Shown here piece by piece: positions 1 through 11,947 of a DNA stretch of 64,000 nt. The position numbers were made by a program, and so were the translations under genes. Position 1 is the first letter of the stretch, and each line of letters starts with the position of its first letter. The stretch is from Camelus ferus (lineage: Eukaryota), in NCBI RefSeq assembly GCF_009834535.1, contig NC_045696.1, forward strand, positions 55,554,001 through 55,618,000, written 5' to 3'. Below the pieces are notes generated by a model, which ran no database searches, had not been told where the DNA came from, and saw only the letters and a program-made list of their open reading frames with translations.

Positions 1-469
1 GTCCTGGTTGTTAACACATAAACTGTGCGCCCTTGAGCAAATCGCTTTACGTCAGGGAGTATCAGGTTGCTCATTTATAAAAGAAGAGCCATCTGGGCTG
101 TCCAAACACCCTCTCAGTTTTGTGATGCTGCTCCTTATCCTATTGGAGGAAGGAATGAGGAGGATCCAGTTCTTAGTCCTTCGAGCAGCGTTTGCTTGTT
201 GTACAAATAAATCTATGTCTGATGGAATGCTAGGCAGAAAGAAAAGACATTTGGGGGCAAGAAGCCTCCCCTTATAGCACTACTTCTTGGTCTATACCGC
301 TAAGGCAAGCACTGCAAATGGAGATCAGGGAAGAAAAAGGAGAGAGTTTGAAGTCACAGTGCCCAGAACACCCAGGGGTGTGGGAATCTCCAGCAAGAGA
401 AACTCTTAAGCCTGACTTCCTGCCTCCTCCCTGCTTCCTCCTGAGTTCCTCATGGAGAGTTCAGAGCAA

Positions 470-679
470 CATCCTGCTCACCAGGTGTCCTCACCTGGTA
501 GCTGAGGCCAGAGGTCTCTCCTGGGCCCTCTTTTACAAAAGCACTGACCCCCTCGTGAGGGCTTCACCTTCATGACCTTATCATCTCCCGAAGGCCCCAC
601 CTCCTAATGCCAGCAACTTGGATGCCTCTCAGAGGACTGGCACAGGAATTTTGCAAGGATATAAACATTCAGTCCATTG

Positions 680-681
<2 letters not shown>
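470..681 (-). mobile_element. MaLR (MLT1-type) LTR fragment
   Basis: Ends in ...TAAACATTCAGTCCATTGCA and contains CATGACCT...ATCTCCCGAAGGCCCCACCTCCTAAT, typical of MLT1/MST. Confidence 0.7.

Positions 682-682
<1 letters not shown>

Positions 683-730
<48 letters not shown>
683..730. repeat. (AC)24 microsatellite
   Basis: Read directly. Confidence 0.98.
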
Positions 731-733
<3 letters not shown>

Positions 734-2301
734 ATATCACAAAGATAACATTAAAATGTAAATAATGATTCACACACTGTCCTCCTGTTACATAGGAAAC
801 TGAAGATCGCTAAGATCCCCAGCTCTGCCTGCACAGCTCAGCTATGTCACCTTCAGTCACAAGCACTGTGCCTTTCCGGATGCCTCCCAGGGATCCCACT
901 GCGTCAGCTCCAAGTCCATGGATTGTGCTCGACCAGCTCACACTGCACTGTGGGTGACTCCCTGCAGAAGCTCTTCGTGTATCTGGTCTTCTTGGGCCTT
1001 TTTACACCAGACTGTTCAAATTACTCTGGTCGGCCCTACCTCATTAGGGAAAACTTCAGTCATTACATGACTTTATCCAACTACATTCTGAGACAAAACA
1101 TTATTGGCGAACACCAGGGACTTAACAATATCAATGTTCAAAGTCTTGTCTTCCACATTAATTTGAGGTTCAGTAGTGATTTGTTTCCTCCTCCCCCCGA
1201 AATTTTACTGGTTATTTTCATAGGGCTTCAATAGTCAGTGTCTAAATTCCTTCTCTCCATCAGAGGTTGTTTTTAGGAGTCTGACATCCTCTGAGGTGAG
1301 GACAGAGCCTTCACACCAGTAAACAAATACATCTGTGAGCTCCTTCCGTGTAGGGTCTACAGCACATCCGACTCTGTGTCTCCGGTACCTACTCATAGTG
1401 CCTGGCACAAACAATAGACCCAAGTAAGGGTTAACCTGAATTGAATATGTAAATAATTAATCATGATGAATAGAAAAACCAAGGGTATTTCTTCATCTTA
1501 GCTAATCAACAAGATTGCTTCCAAGGGAGAAATCAAATTAAGATCAGAAGATCACCCAGATACAATAAGGAAACGATCTTATAACATTTTAAGGGATATT
1601 TTCATAAAGCTGGAGCATCCTTGTAAAATGCCTCAGGTATACGCATCAGGTATAGTTGGTAAGAATTTTAATGTGGATTAAAGGAAGATTAAGGCAGTGG
1701 CAGCATAATTTTTGCATTTTTCCAAATGCTCCCATGAAAACAGAGCAACTAGATAGCAAAGGCAAAAACCCAGGAACAACATTTCTTCAAAAACTAGATG
1801 ACAGGGTATGCTTACAAAACACAAATGGGTGTGCCGGTGAGCCACTAGCAGCCACAAAACTTGTATGGCGTTGGTGTCTGTTTCATAGGATGAACAAAGA
1901 TGGAATTAGGTGTCTTCCGAGGGTTTTGACAACAAAACCCCCGATTAGTTCAGATGCTCCAGGAAAGAAATGCTGGCACAGACTCAGGAGTACTAGGAAA
2001 GGGCAGTACAAGGAGGAGAAACTGATAGGAGTGAAATCAAAATTGAGCAGAATAGGGAAAAAGGAACAAGAATATCTAGACCAAAGTATATAGCTAGACA
2101 AAGTCAGGAAACCCCAGAACGCAAGCCACCGTATTTCTATCACCACATAAAACATAAAGCTCTGTGAAATTAAAACAAACAAACAAAAATCTTTCCTTAT
2201 TCTAGAGGTTCAGGAAAATTTCACATTAAAATGAGCTAAGGAAAAGTATCAAAGTCAAAACCCAAACAAAATTATTATTTAAAAATGACAGTAAGGAATT
2301 G

Positions 2302-2303
<2 letters not shown>

Positions 2304-2386
<83 letters not shown>
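2304..2386. repeat. Compound (TC)20(AC)21 microsatellite
   Basis: Read directly. Confidence 0.98.
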
Positions 2387-2387
<1 letters not shown>

Positions 2388-2690
2388 TCAGATTATGGTT
2401 CACACCCAGATTGGAAAATATTCAGTCTTTGCTTTGGTCAATACCTCCTCCTTTACACAAAGAAGCAGGAACTATATCTGCTGCAAAGAGAATACACACA
2501 CTATTTTCCCCCAAGAATGCAACCAATGAATCAAGTAGATCTACGCAGGTCAGAGTCAACAAGGGACCTAAAGCCTCCAGAGAGCAGCGTTGCCTGACTG
2601 TGTTAGCTGAGTGGTTTAGTGACCTTCTCAGCAGCCTAGAAATTACATATTCACTCTTCAAGTCTCAGGCTACTTCCCCAAGCAAAGTAC

Positions 2691-3158
2691 TGTCAGAAAT
2701 TGTGAAAGGCCTGGGATTTTACCCTACTTACAAGCTAACAAGCTAGCTCATTACTGTTTCATGGTGCTGGCAGACGACATGAGATACCTGGATCAGAAAC
2801 AAAGGACTTTATTACAACAAAGATGGCAGCCAAAGCTTTATGTTTGTGCCAGTTCCTCAGGTCCTCCCAGTCTCACAGGGTTGACACAGGTGGATCTGGA
2901 TACTTGCCTACACCTGCAGTGGGTTGCATTACAGGAGAGGAACACGGCATTTGGAGACTCACCACTTTTACAGTGAGTGGTAAGCACGCCTGTTCTTTGT
3001 CTCAAGGAGACAATACCTTATCCTTGAGGTCACTTGCTACAGATCCAACTCTGAGAAATGGTCCAGGTAAAAGGAGCTCAGGGCCTTGCATTCTTGGTAT
3101 ATCCAGCAGGAGCACATGGGGATGCTCAGGGCTCATGGAAGATTGCCTCTTATAAACA
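2691..3158 (-). mobile_element. Solo ERV-type LTR (family not assigned)
   Basis: TG...CA ends, ~470 bp, minus-strand AATAAA (~2808). Resembles old ERVL-class LTRs. Confidence 0.55.
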
Positions 3159-3933
3159 ACTTCTTTTTTACTTATAGTATACTGTGTTCTGTTCATTTAC
3201 CTGTCTTCATTTCCCAAGTATACTTTGAGCTCCTTAAGGACGTGGACTATTTGTTTATATTTTTATCTCTAGCAACTATCTAGTGCAGTATTTAGTACTT
3301 AATAGGGAGTCACCAAATAAGCAATGGATGCATTGAATAAAAGCTACCATGGTTATAGTGACCATCTTTCAAGTACTCTTCTTGGTGGGCATGCTTGTCC
3401 TCCAGGCTTTTCTAACTGGCCCATTCCTTGTGGGCCAGCCTCTTAGAAATACCTGTGGAAGGAGGACAAGTGGCTGCGACTTAAATGGAACATATATATG
3501 GCTTTAACTTCTTAAAAGGAAATGCAGTCTTTTTTTATGATAATGGAGTCCGGAAACTCCAAGGACTTTTCAAACGAAGAAAGCAACTAGACTACACTTC
3601 CTGGCCCTGTATGAGAGTCTTCCTTCCCGTTTGGGTCTTTTTGCAGATGACTAATGTCATCATCATATTTGCCTCTAGGTTGGGAAGTTTCACTACTTCG
3701 CATTTACCTTTCTACTCCATGCTGTGTGAATGAATTTTTTCTTTATGTCCAGCAGCAAAGCTGGGAAAGACAGAACATTCATGTCTTTACGAAATGCTAA
3801 GGCATATCAAAGGGAAACAGAGTAACACAGACCTTGAACGGCTTTTACAAGTTCCAAGTTTCCCTCTGTTTTACCAGTCCATTTAATCTCATAGGACCTT
3901 AGATAAAAAGGGTAGCTATGGAGTTCCTGCTTT

Positions 3934-4186
3934 GATTTGGGTTTTATTTAGGGGGAGGGTGGATTTCTAATTGTTTCTCTTTTTTATTGAAGTTTAGTTG
4001 ATTTACAGTGTTGTGTTAGTTTCTAGTGTAAAGCATAGTGATCCAGTTATACATGTACAATCTTTTTATATTCTTTTTCATTATAGGTTATAACAAGATG
4101 TTGAATGTAGTTCCCTGTGCTACACATTAGGACCTGGTTGTTTTATCTGTGTTATATATAGTAGTTTGTATCTGCAAATCCCAAAC
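3934..4186 (-). mobile_element. 5'-truncated L1 3' end with 15-bp TSD
   Basis: TTTATTGAAGT...TTACAGTGTTGTGTTAGTTTC L1 3'UTR pattern. TSD TGGAGTTCC(T/G)GCTTT at 3919-3933 and 4187-4201. Confidence 0.8.
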
Positions 4187-4373
4187 TGGAGTTCCGGCTT
4201 TTTAATTCACTGAGCTCTACTCCTTCTGATTTATATTATACCCTCTTCTGGACTAGGAGTCCCACACTTATCAGACACCATTTTGTCATGAAGTCTGTTT
4301 TATCATACTTTGGGAGCCAAGTCCTTGTCACGTTGTCATCTCTGTGATTCTCCCACATTTCTCTTCCACTTTT

Positions 4374-4526
4374 TTTTTTTTTTTAACATTTTTTCATTGA
4401 GTTATAGTCATTTTACAATGTTGTGTCAAATTCCAGTGTAGAGCACAATTTTTCAGTTATACACGAACATACATATAATCATTGTCACATTTTTTTTCGC
4501 TGTGAGTTACCACAAGATCTTGTATC
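4374..4526 (-). mobile_element. Young 5'-truncated L1 3' end with intact poly(A) and perfect TSD
   Basis: Poly-T tract. TSD CTCTTCCACTTTT at 4361-4373 and 4527-4539, followed by AA (L1 endonuclease TTTT/AA site). Confidence 0.85.
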
Positions 4527-4548
4527 CTCTTCCACTTTTAAGGGTGAC

Positions 4549-5058
4549 TGTATTGCACGCACTTTGTGTTAGCTTGTGCTGCTATCACAGCAGCCTGGGG
4601 GCTCAAACGAAAGACATTCATTTTCCCATAGTCCTGGAGGTTGGAAGCCTAAAATCAGGAGCCAGCACAGGTGGGCTCTTGTGAGAGCTCCCCTCCTGGT
4701 TTGCAGGTGGCTGCCTTCTTGCTTAATGCTCACGTGGCCTTTCTTCCATGGGTGCTCACAGGGAGTTATTCCTCTTCTTATAAAGGCACTAATTCCACTG
4801 TGAAGGCCTCCCTCTCATGACCTAATCCAAATCAATTACCTCCAAATACCATCACATTAGTGCTTAAGGCGTCGACAGCTGAATTTTGGAGGAACATAAA
4901 CATTCAGTCTATACCACACCTGGATAATCCAGGAAAATCTCCCATCTTACAGTCAGCTGATTAGCAAGCTTAATTCCTTTGACATGTAACCTAACATTCA
5001 CAGGTTCGAAGGACTGGGATGTAGACACATTTGAGGGACCATTGTTTTGTCTACCACA
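4549..5058 (-). mobile_element. MLT1A-like LTR (4549-4917) nested in an older MLT1D/E-like LTR (resumes 4918-5058)
   Basis: Two MLT1-style termini (...CATTCAGTCTATACCACA and ...TGTCTACCACA) and CCTGGATAATCCAGG. Confidence 0.7.
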
Positions 5059-6409
5059 ATGGCTTTCTCAAAAAAATTAACTAATAAATAGCTGACAGGA
5101 GCTAGAAAATATTAGGGAGGTATGCATCTCCACTATATCTGATATTTCCTGTCCAGAAAAAATTCACTAACTGTAATTACTGGTTTCTCTCTGTTCAGAG
5201 GAGATGGGGGTAAGTTATCTAACTGGTAAATTTGGGAAGAATAAATTAGGCATGCTTGGCTCAGAATCTGCCTTCTTTTTGGAGGGAGTGTTTATAGGGA
5301 GCACCCATTTCACTGTTTGTCCAGCTGCCCTCCTGGGAGCAAGCACTGGCCGGAGGTTTGGGGGTGGGGCTTACCCTGAGCCCAGGCTTCCCTTCATAGA
5401 GGGCGAGGGGGGGAATCTGCTCATTGTGCAGCTCAGGATCAGCAAGCCCATTTGGCTAACAGATCTAAAGCCAGATCCTCCCATTTGGTTCCTACCAGTA
5501 ATAAAGGTGATATTTTGGCCCCCATCTCCCAACTCGTTTGTCTTATTCCTAAAACTGTTCAGAATCCAGGTGAGAAAGAGGAGTACCTTTACTGGGACTC
5601 AGTCGTAGACCTCAAGAGGAAGTACTTCACCCATATGATCTTTCTATTTCCCCAGGATGTCTCGTTTCTCTGTAGGTGATTGTTTTTTGAGAACAGAGCT
5701 TATTGCAGGAAATAGTGCAAGTGCCATATTAAAACTGCCTAAGTTGATATACTTCAATTTTTTAAAAAATGCAAAAGATAGAGAGAGAGAAGAGGGGGGA
5801 AAAAAACTACCTAAGTTCAAATGCTGGTCCCACCACTTAAATGTTGTGTGAGTCTTGGCAAGTTACCTCTTTGTGCCTCAATTTACACCTGTAAAATAGG
5901 AATACTAATGCCTACCTCTTAGAGTTGTTGTGAGTAGTAAGATAAAATGAGTAAAACACATAGAATAGTGCCTCTCATTGCAAGCAGTCTCTATATTATT
6001 ACGTCTTAAACATATTTATATCCCCATTCCATTTAGTATAAGAATACTAAAAAAAAAATTTTAATGAAATAGGGTTCACTGAAGCTCAGTCTATGTCTTA
6101 TTCAACTTTATATTCCCAGAAACAGCACAGTGCCTACTACAGAACAAGGCTTAATGCATGAATCTATGAAATGAGAAATGAACTTGAAAACTAAGGTAAG
6201 AGAATTGTTCTAATAAGTAACACAATTTGTCGACTAAACTTAACAACTAATACTAGGGCTTAATTTCCATTTGGCCAGAAAGTCAGCAAAATACTTGTTT
6301 TTTTTTTTTAATTAATGGCAAATGCATTTTGTCCAGTTTTGCATTGGAAACTATATTTCAAGAATAATCCCAAAGCATTTTACTATTGCCTGGTGCAATC
6401 ATGAGTTAC

Positions 6410-6443
6410 TGCTGCCCTCTAGTGGGAGAAATCATGTAGTGCA
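6410..6443 (-). promoter_or_regulatory. CTCF site (core plus upstream motif)
   Basis: Minus strand TGCACTACATGATTTCTCCCACTAGAGGGCAGCA. Confidence 0.65.
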
Positions 6444-7581
6444 CATTAAGGTCATATCCTTGTCAACTAAGTGACTCACCTTAAAAAATAAAATAATTTT
6501 TCTACTCAAATATTTTCCCAAATACTCTTATACATTTTCTTGAATGTTTCAAAATTTGTATTAATATCTCCAGTAACAAATTTATTTGTATTTATAATTT
6601 AGTCCCTTTAGGAAATCAGTCATATGAAGTACAATGTTTCACTTTTTAAAAATTTGCACCAATTGTAATAAACTGCAAAATAGACATGTAAAAACTGCAA
6701 CAAAAAAGGCACAAGTGAAGGATGCCATTTAGACATATAACAAGTCACTCAAGAGTACTTCTGTTACTACTTAAATGTTCGTGGTTAATCTCTCTGATTT
6801 CTAACCTCAGTTTTCCAACCAGTTCCAGATCACTGAAATTCTGCAGAGGTGACACAAAGAATCATCAATTCAATCCAAATTTTTTTCTGAGCATCTAGAA
6901 TGTGCAAAAGTCAGGAAACAGAAAAATTTGGTGGCATATACCAAACTGAAAAAGACATGGCCTCTGCATGTAAAGAGAACGGTACATGAACACATGCACC
7001 ACTCAGATGGAAAGAAAACTGCCAGAATACTCTTCTGCTGGTGGTACAAACTCAAAGACATGCAAGTAAGGGGAAGGTTTGCTCTAAGAAATCTTCTTGA
7101 AGTGGCAGTAACTGAATGGGTTATTGTGAAGGATGACTAAATCTTCAAAAAAAAAAAAATGGGAAAAGTTATCTCAGATGGAAGGGAAAAGGTGACCTAA
7201 TACACATTAGTGGAAAAGTACAGATTACATTTTGGAAAGATGACTACTGAGATATGGCTACAATGGCAGGTGTGTTTAGAAATGAAATCAGAAACAAAAG
7301 CTAGTTACAAATCATGGAAACTTTAAATGCCATCCAAGAAATGTGTACTTTGATCTATCCTGCCTTGAACAGTTAGTGAAAAAATGTTGAGGTCACAATA
7401 AAACCCACATTTTTGGAAAGAAACATTTTGCTGTAATTCAGAAGATAATTTATTTGAAAAAGAGAAAGCTTAAAGCCAAGGAGATCAGATTGAAGGCCAC
7501 TGCTACAGTCCAGGCAAGAGAACCTCAACTTCTGCCAGAATAACAGCAACAGAGAAAGAGACACTGACGGAAGATGCTTCA

Positions 7582-8725
7582 GGAAAGGAGACGTCAAGAT
7601 AGTGGAGTAGACCAGCATGGAGTTCACCTCCCCCCATGAACACATCAAAGATACATCTACATATGGAAGAATTCTCACTGAAAACTAACTGAAAACTCAC
7701 AGAAGGACACCCATACAACCAAGGCTGTAAAAAAGATACACATTTAATCATGTAGGAATGGAGGAAAAGCTATCATGTCAGGACCTGTGCCCCCGGGAGG
7801 GGACTCAGGTTGGATTTTTAGATTGGATTGCTTGTTTTTTTAATGTTGAATGTTGTGAATTCTTTTTTTTTTTTTATTTTGGATATTAACCATGATTGAC
7901 TACATCATTTGCAAATATCTTCTCTCATTTAATTAAGTTGTTTTTTGTTTTGTTGATAGTTTCCTTTGACATGCAAAAGCTTTTAGTTTGATATAGTCCG
8001 ATTTGTTTATTTTTCCTTTTGTTTCCCTTGCTTAAAGAGACAGATTCAAAAAATATTGCTAAGACTGATGTCAAAGAGCATAATGCATATGTCTTCTTTT
8101 AAGAGTTTTATGGTATCAGGTCTTACACTTAAGTCTTTAATCCATTCTTACAGAACAAATAGATCAGTGGAACAGACTACAGAGCCAAGAAATAAACCCA
8201 CACACAATGTTCATCAATAGATGAATGGATAAAGAAGATGTAGGATGTATGAGCATATATATTCACAATGGAATATTACTCAACCATAAAAAAGAATGAA
8301 ATCTTGCCATTTGTGACATGGAATGACCTAAAGGATATTATCCTAAATAACATAATTCAGACAGAGAAGGACAGATACTGTATGATTTCACTTATGTGTG
8401 GAATCTAAAACAAAACAAAACAGAAACAGACTCGTAACTACAGAGAACAAACTTGTGTTTGCCAGGGGGAAGTGGATGGGGGATTGGACAAAATAGGTGA
8501 TAGGGACTGAGAGGTGCAAAGCTGCAGTTGTAAAATATATAAGTCACAGGGATATAATGCACAGCTAGGGGATATAGTCAATAACATTATGATATATTTG
8601 TGTGGTGATAGTTACTAGACTTACGGTGATCAATTAGCAATGTATATAAATGTCAAATCACTATGTTGTACACCTGAAACAAATGTAATATTAGATGTCA
8701 ACTATACTTCAATAAACAAAGATAA
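7582..8725 (+). mobile_element. Rearranged L1: 5'UTR(+), inverted ORF2 piece(-), ORF2 end/3'UTR(+)
   Basis: CAAGATAGTGGAGTAG 5'UTR-like start, antisense ORF2-like block ~7810-8145, 3'UTR ending TATACTTCAATAAA. Confidence 0.7.
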
Positions 8726-10247
8726 AGGAAGAAAAGGGAGATCAAAAACATGTAAGTTCATGCTCCAACTTATGTAAAATTTTAACAAAAATCTAAGTCA
8801 CATATTGCCTCTGTGCCTTAGGGCTTTCATTGCTAAAATAAAATGGTAAGACCATGATAAATTTCTAAGGTCCATTTTAGATCTAATTTTATGATTCTTT
8901 AGTCCTATAATTAGTTAAGGATGTTAACCTTAAAGAGTTAATGTCCAGATGGCGCCCGATAACCCAGGTAATTTAGAGTTTTAAAAAGGCATAAAAGTTG
9001 TTCACAAAGAGGTGGAAACTGAAGTGATAGAGAGGTAAAAAGGCATGAAATAACAGAATTCTATAGATAAAGGTAAGAAATGAAGTCTGTGGACAGATCT
9101 GCAGGGAATCCGACTGTCCCATCTTGGGGAATGACCCAACACCTACCCACTTACCCAACTAGAAGAAACCGAGATGTCATCTTTGATCCCTTCCTCCTCA
9201 CTACCCATCATTCCAACTGGTAGTACTTCCAATCCACCTGCTTCCCTCCATCTCTAGTGCCACTCCTGTAGCTCAGGCCACCATCTTCCCTTACTGACCT
9301 GACTTAAATATCTTCTTTTCAAGAAAAATAAATTATTTTTTAAAGTAATGGCACAAAATTCAATAAACATGTCCCTCCCATCCCAGACCCCCAGTGATAC
9401 AATGCCCTTAATAAGAGCAAACCAAGCTAACCAAAGTTTTGTGTGTCCTTCCAGAGAGATTTTACACACATACAAGCATACATGTATATATGCTGGCTTT
9501 CTTCCCCCATGCAGTTCACTTTCTTCTGTACCTAGTTTTGCCACTTAATAATACATCTTGGAGATCATTTCACACAAGTGCACATAGAGCTCATTCTTTA
9601 CAATAGCTGCTGTCCACAGGTATAAATTATATTTATACCATTCCCAAGCATTTGCTTTTACAAATGATGTTGCAATGAATGTCTTTTCACATACTTCATT
9701 TTTCACATTTGCAAGTATATCTGTGGGATAACTATAAATTTATACTACATTTAATCATCTATTTCATTGGACAGTATCTGTTACTCCATAATAGTAGCAA
9801 TTATTAAATTTATATATTTCCATTTCCTTTCACTCCCTTCCTCACTCCTCACTCCATTATTCCAAATAAGGAAATGTTAGGTTCCCCCCGACCCCTCAGG
9901 GTACAGTCTCTTTTCTGGAAGATTTTCTCTGCCAGTTTTGCCTGAAATGTGTAGATGCAGCATCATTCTGTATCCACTCATATTCTTGTTTGACCAGAGC
10001 TGCTCTCAGTAACCTTTCCTCATATATTATGATTCGGGGTTGTAGGTTTCATCTAATTTTTTCCAAAGGTTGAATTTGCATTTCTGGTTTTTGTTCTTAT
10101 CTTGCACTGATTTCTGAGAGAAGAAGAGTGCAGCGCCATCTTTACTTGGCCATTTAAATACTAGAAGCCTCTATAATAGGATTTTGTTAGTCTCCCTGTC
10201 TCTGATCTTACCTTTCCATCCATTTTTTCAGTTACAAGAATGACCTA

Positions 10248-10376
10248 GTGGGAAGGGTATAGCTCAGTGGTAGAGTGTATGCTTAGCACGCACAAGGTCA
10301 TGGATTCAATCCCTAGTACCTCCACTTAAAAAATTATAACAAGTAAAGAGATCTAATCACCTCCCTCCCCCCAAAA
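10248..10376 (+). mobile_element. tRNA-Ala-derived SINE (camelid Vic-1-like) with target-site duplication
   Basis: A box TAGCTCAGTGG, B-box-like GATTCAATCC, A-rich linker plus CCTCCC-A tail. TSD AATGACCTA at 10239-10247 and 10377-10385. Confidence 0.85.
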
Positions 10377-11325
10377 AATGACCTAAAATGCAAATCTGAT
10401 TATGTCAATACCTGTAAGAACCCCTTTCGTGACTCTGTATACTCTTGGGATAAAGGCCAAACATCTCCATGATCTGGCCTTTGTCCACCTCTCCTTCCTC
10501 ATCTGTTTCTCTCCAACCCCCTCAGAGTATTTCAGCATAATGAATTTCTTTTAGTTATTCAGACTCTCCATGATCTGTTCTGCCTCCAGGCATGCAATGT
10601 GCTTTTCTCTGTGCCTGGAATATTCTCCTGACACTGACCACTCCATTTACTTCTTAACTCTTAATAACCCTTTGGCTCTCAAAATAACAATGTTACCATT
10701 TTTTATGTTTACCGACTATGCTAAGCAGTTATATAAATTATATTACATATAGTACTGACTCGTTTATTTTCATAGAAGACCAGTGAGATGAGTATTGTAT
10801 TCCCCATTTCAAATATGAAGAAATTGAAAGTGGTAAAGATTAAGAAATTTGCCTAAGTTGACAAGCTAGTAGATGTTGGAGCTGCAGCTAGACTGCAGCA
10901 CTGAAACAAGCTGACTACACGTGATGCTCCTCTTACATCACTGGTCCTCGCCCCTCAACTTTGGGCTAAGTGCCTCACCAACTCACACCGAGAGCTGCTT
11001 GTATTTCTCCCTTCATAGCTCCTAACACAGTATTATAATTGCTCATTTCCTTGTTAGAGATTCCTTCTAGACTATGAGATTCTTGAGACTGAAAACTATC
11101 TGCCTCATTTTCTACTGTATCCAGTTTGCCTGACACATAGCAAGGGCCCAATAAATACTTTTTGGAATTAAAAATTGCTTTTCCCAGGGTTGAGAAATGG
11201 GAAACTTTTTAAATAAGTAGTAGAATGTGATGAGGGGTCAGAATCATCAAAAGCCCTTCTCTCAGCCAGATCATCAGAGATAATAACTGCTAATAGTATT
11301 AAAACATCAATGCCAAGTCACTCAC

Positions 11326-11374
11326 CAGTTCTGGAAAGGTAGTCCCACCGGAGCAAAAGTCCCACCAGAGACAT
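11326..11374 (-). CDS. IGSF11: IGSF11 alternative (distal-promoter, testis-type) first coding segment, MSLVGLLLRWDYLSRT(G); whole exon 11326-11387
   Basis: Minus strand: pyrimidine tract CTTCCTTTCTCCTTTTCCTCACCCCTCTCAG|, 13 nt of UTR, ATG at 11374, 49 coding nt, donor CTG|GTGAGT (phase 1). The peptide resembles the human IGSF11 isoform N-terminus MSLVELLLWWNCFSRTG (recalled). Synteny with TEX55/UPK1B agrees. Confidence 0.85.
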
Positions 11375-11947
11375 TGCCTCTTCTTACCTGAGAGGGGTGA
11401 GGAAAAGGAGAAAGGAAGATTCTATGTTGTGACAACATAATAATAAGCAGATTTCATATTTTCAAAATTTTTAAAAAGTTACGTTTGGAAAGACCTCTTT
11501 GGATACATGGTTCCAGTACAAAACACTGGGATAAGAACCATCTCACTAGACCACTGAGTCACACACACACCTTTGAAACAGGAAGGAACACCTAACACGA
11601 ACCCAGGTTAGTTAGGTTTGTATGGCTCATCTGCAGTTGGCCCAACACAGATCAGGATAACAGAATGGCTCCTAAGTGCCCATCACAGCTGCCACCATCC
11701 AGAAGCTCTGAGCTTCCTTCTCTCCTGTGTGATTCCTTATAGTAAGTCATCTGCATCAACTTCAGCAAATTATTGGAAGAATAACACACTCATCCAACCT
11801 TCCTTAGTAGATTACGGCTCCTCTGCCATAATTACTAAGGAGTTAAATGTTACAAGCTCTTGGCAGATTTGGAAACCACAGATATACTGAGTCCTTTCAC
11901 TTGGAAGATGGCATTTACTGGGTTTCCTCAACAGGTCTAAAGCTTTG

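Noticed and set aside
8943..8958. Second CTCF-like motif GTCCAGATGGCGCCC
   Set aside because: The 3' half matches but the 5' CCAC/CCAG part is missing; too weak.
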